Source of the DNA: a phage | Length of the DNA: 64,000 nt | Sequence record: PZ452591.1 | Strand: one strand, 5' to 3' | In this document: positions 60,184 to 64,000 of the stretch, piece after piece | Layout: each line of letters begins with the position of its first letter | Numbering within the stretch: the first letter of the stretch is position 1 | Notes under the pieces: model-generated | The model's input: the letters and a program-made list of their open reading frames with translations, nothing else | Databases searched by the model: none | Told to the model about the DNA's origin: nothing | Program-made: the position numbers and the translations under genes

Positions 60184-61730
60184 GTAATAATACATATCAG
60201 CACGTATCAAATGAATCAAAATATGTTAAATTCGATCCAGTAGGATCGAATTTTCCTGACACTGTCACGACAGTGCAGTCTGCATTATCAAAAATAAGTG
60301 ATATCGGTGTAAATGGTATTCCTGATGCAACTATGGAAGTTAAAGGAATAGCAATGATTGCGTCAGAGCAAGAGGTTTTAGATGGAACTAATAATTCTAA
60401 AATCGTTACACCAGCTACATTAGCAACAAGATTATTGTATCCAAATGCTACTGAAACTAAGTATGGTTTAACGCGCTATTCAACAAATGAAGAAACATTA
60501 GAAGGCTCAGATAATAATTCATCAATAACGCCGCAAAAACTGAAATACCATACTGACGATGTGTTCCAAAATAGATATTCGTCTGAGTCATCAAACGGGG
60601 TTATTAAAATATCATCAACACCTGCAGCTTTAGCTGGTGTTGATGATACTACGGCAATGACTCCATTAAAAACGCAAAAACTTGCAATAAAATTAATTTC
60701 ACAAATAGCTCCTTCCGAAGATACTGCATCAGAATCTGTGAGAGGTGTAGTTCAATTATCTACTGTTGCGCAAACTCGTCAAGGAACTCTCCGCGAAGGA
60801 TATGCAATTTCTCCGTATACCTTTATGAATTCTGTTGCAACACAAGAATATAAGGGTGTTATACGTTTAGGAACACAATCGGAAATTAACAGTAATTTGG
60901 GAGATGTTGCAGTAACGGGTGAAACGCTAAATGGTCGAGGAGCTACTGGTTCTATGCGTGGAGTAGTTAAATTAACGACGCAAGCCGGTATTGCCCCTGA
61001 AGGTGATAGCTCTGGTGCATTAGCATGGAACGCAGATGTAATTAATACTCGTGGTGGACAAACTATTAATGGTTCTTTAAATTTAGATCATCTCACAGCA
61101 AATGGAATTTGGTCGCGCGGCGGAATGTGGAAAAATGGCAATCAACCTGTTGCCACGGAAAGATACGCGTCCGAAAGAGTTCCAGTTGGAACTATTATGA
61201 TGTTTGCGGGTGATTCAGCACCTCCAGGTTGGATTATGTGTCATGGTGGAACAGTGTCAGGTAGCCAATTTCCTGATTATAGAAACGTAGTTGGAACAAG
61301 ATTTGGTGGCGATTGGAATAATCCTGGCATTCCTGATATGCGGGGTCTTTTCGTCAGAGGAGCTGGCACAGGCGGTCATATTTTAAATCAACGAGGAAAA
61401 GATGGTTATGGAAAGGATAGACTTGGCGTAGGATGTGACGGAATGCATGTTGGTGGTGTTCAAGCACAACAAATGTCATACCATAAACACGCTGGTGGTT
61501 GGGGAGAACATAACAGAAGTAAAGGTCCATTTGGCGCGTCTGTTTATCAAGGATATCTTGGAACTAGAAAATATTCCGACTGGGATAATGCTTCATACTT
61601 CACTAATGATGGATTTGAATTAGGCGGATCGAGAGACGCACGTGGTACACTTAATCGTGAAGGATTAATTGGTTATGAAACTAGACCATGGAATATATCA
61701 TTAAACTATATTATTAAAGTTCATTACTAA
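60180..61730 (+). CDS. 12: short tail fibre protein gp12
   Basis: 516 aa, repeat-rich fibrous sequence with C-terminal His/Cys-containing head domain. Confidence 0.85.
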   Translation: MSNNTYQHVSNESKYVKFDPVGSNFPDTVTTVQSALSKISDIGVNGIPDATMEVKGIAMIASEQEVLDGTNNSKIVTPATLATRLLYPNATETKYGLTRYSTNEETLEGSDNNSSITPQKLKYHTDDVFQNRYSSESSNGVIKISSTPAALAGVDDTTAMTPLKTQKLAIKLISQIAPSEDTASESVRGVVQLSTVAQTRQGTLREGYAISPYTFMNSVATQEYKGVIRLGTQSEINSNLGDVAVTGETLNGRGATGSMRGVVKLTTQAGIAPEGDSSGALAWNADVINTRGGQTINGSLNLDHLTANGIWSRGGMWKNGNQPVATERYASERVPVGTIMMFAGDSAPPGWIMCHGGTVSGSQFPDYRNVVGTRFGGDWNNPGIPDMRGLFVRGAGTGGHILNQRGKDGYGKDRLGVGCDGMHVGGVQAQQMSYHKHAGGWGEHNRSKGPFGASVYQGYLGTRKYSDWDNASYFTNDGFELGGSRDARGTLNREGLIGYETRPWNISLNYIIKVHY

Positions 61731-63197
<1,467 letters not shown>

Positions 63198-63200
63198 CAT

Positions 63201-63216
63201 AGGGCCGCAAGGCCCT
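63201..63216 (+). terminator. hairpin after wac (weak terminator or stability element)
   Basis: AGGGCC-GCAA-GGCCCT GNRA-loop hairpin, weak downstream U tract. Confidence 0.35.
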
Positions 63217-63228
63217 AAAGGATTTTAA

Positions 63229-64000
<772 letters not shown>

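Overview
This 64-kb window is a contiguous segment of a T4-like (T-even, Tevenvirinae) myovirus genome, AT-rich and densely packed with overlapping, translationally coupled genes. Positions 1-47534 are almost entirely minus-strand early/middle genes: DNA polymerase gp43 (partial), regA, clamp loader 62/44, clamp 45, rpbA, 46/47 recombination nuclease, a-gt, sigma factor gp55, anaerobic RNR (nrdH-like, nrdG, intronless nrdD), endonuclease VII, nrdC, a long accessory block, rI, tk, regB, internal proteins, lysozyme e, nudE, a cluster of 8 tRNAs split by the homing endonuclease segB, the ipI locus, 57B/57A and genes 1, 3, 2, 4. Positions 47582-64000 are plus-strand late structural genes: baseplate 53, 5, 5.1, 5.4, 6, 7, 8, 9, 10, 11, short tail fibre 12, fibritin wac and gene 13 (partial). 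All identifications rest on reading the sequence and the ORF track against recalled T4 proteins and motifs; no database search was run. Many ORF-track starts are the most upstream TTG/GTG, so several starts were moved to the ATG with a Shine-Dalgarno. The most interesting accessory content is: a remodelled denV/ipII locus (no denV, a small P-loop NTPase, a repeat-flanked 157-aa internal-protein-like gene); a TARG1-like macrodomain gene; a four-gene operon ending in a pol-beta-type nucleotidyltransferase; three tandem promoter-hairpin-small-gene cassettes at the ipI locus with compensatory stem changes; and several paralog families. No CRISPR array, integrase or transposase was seen.
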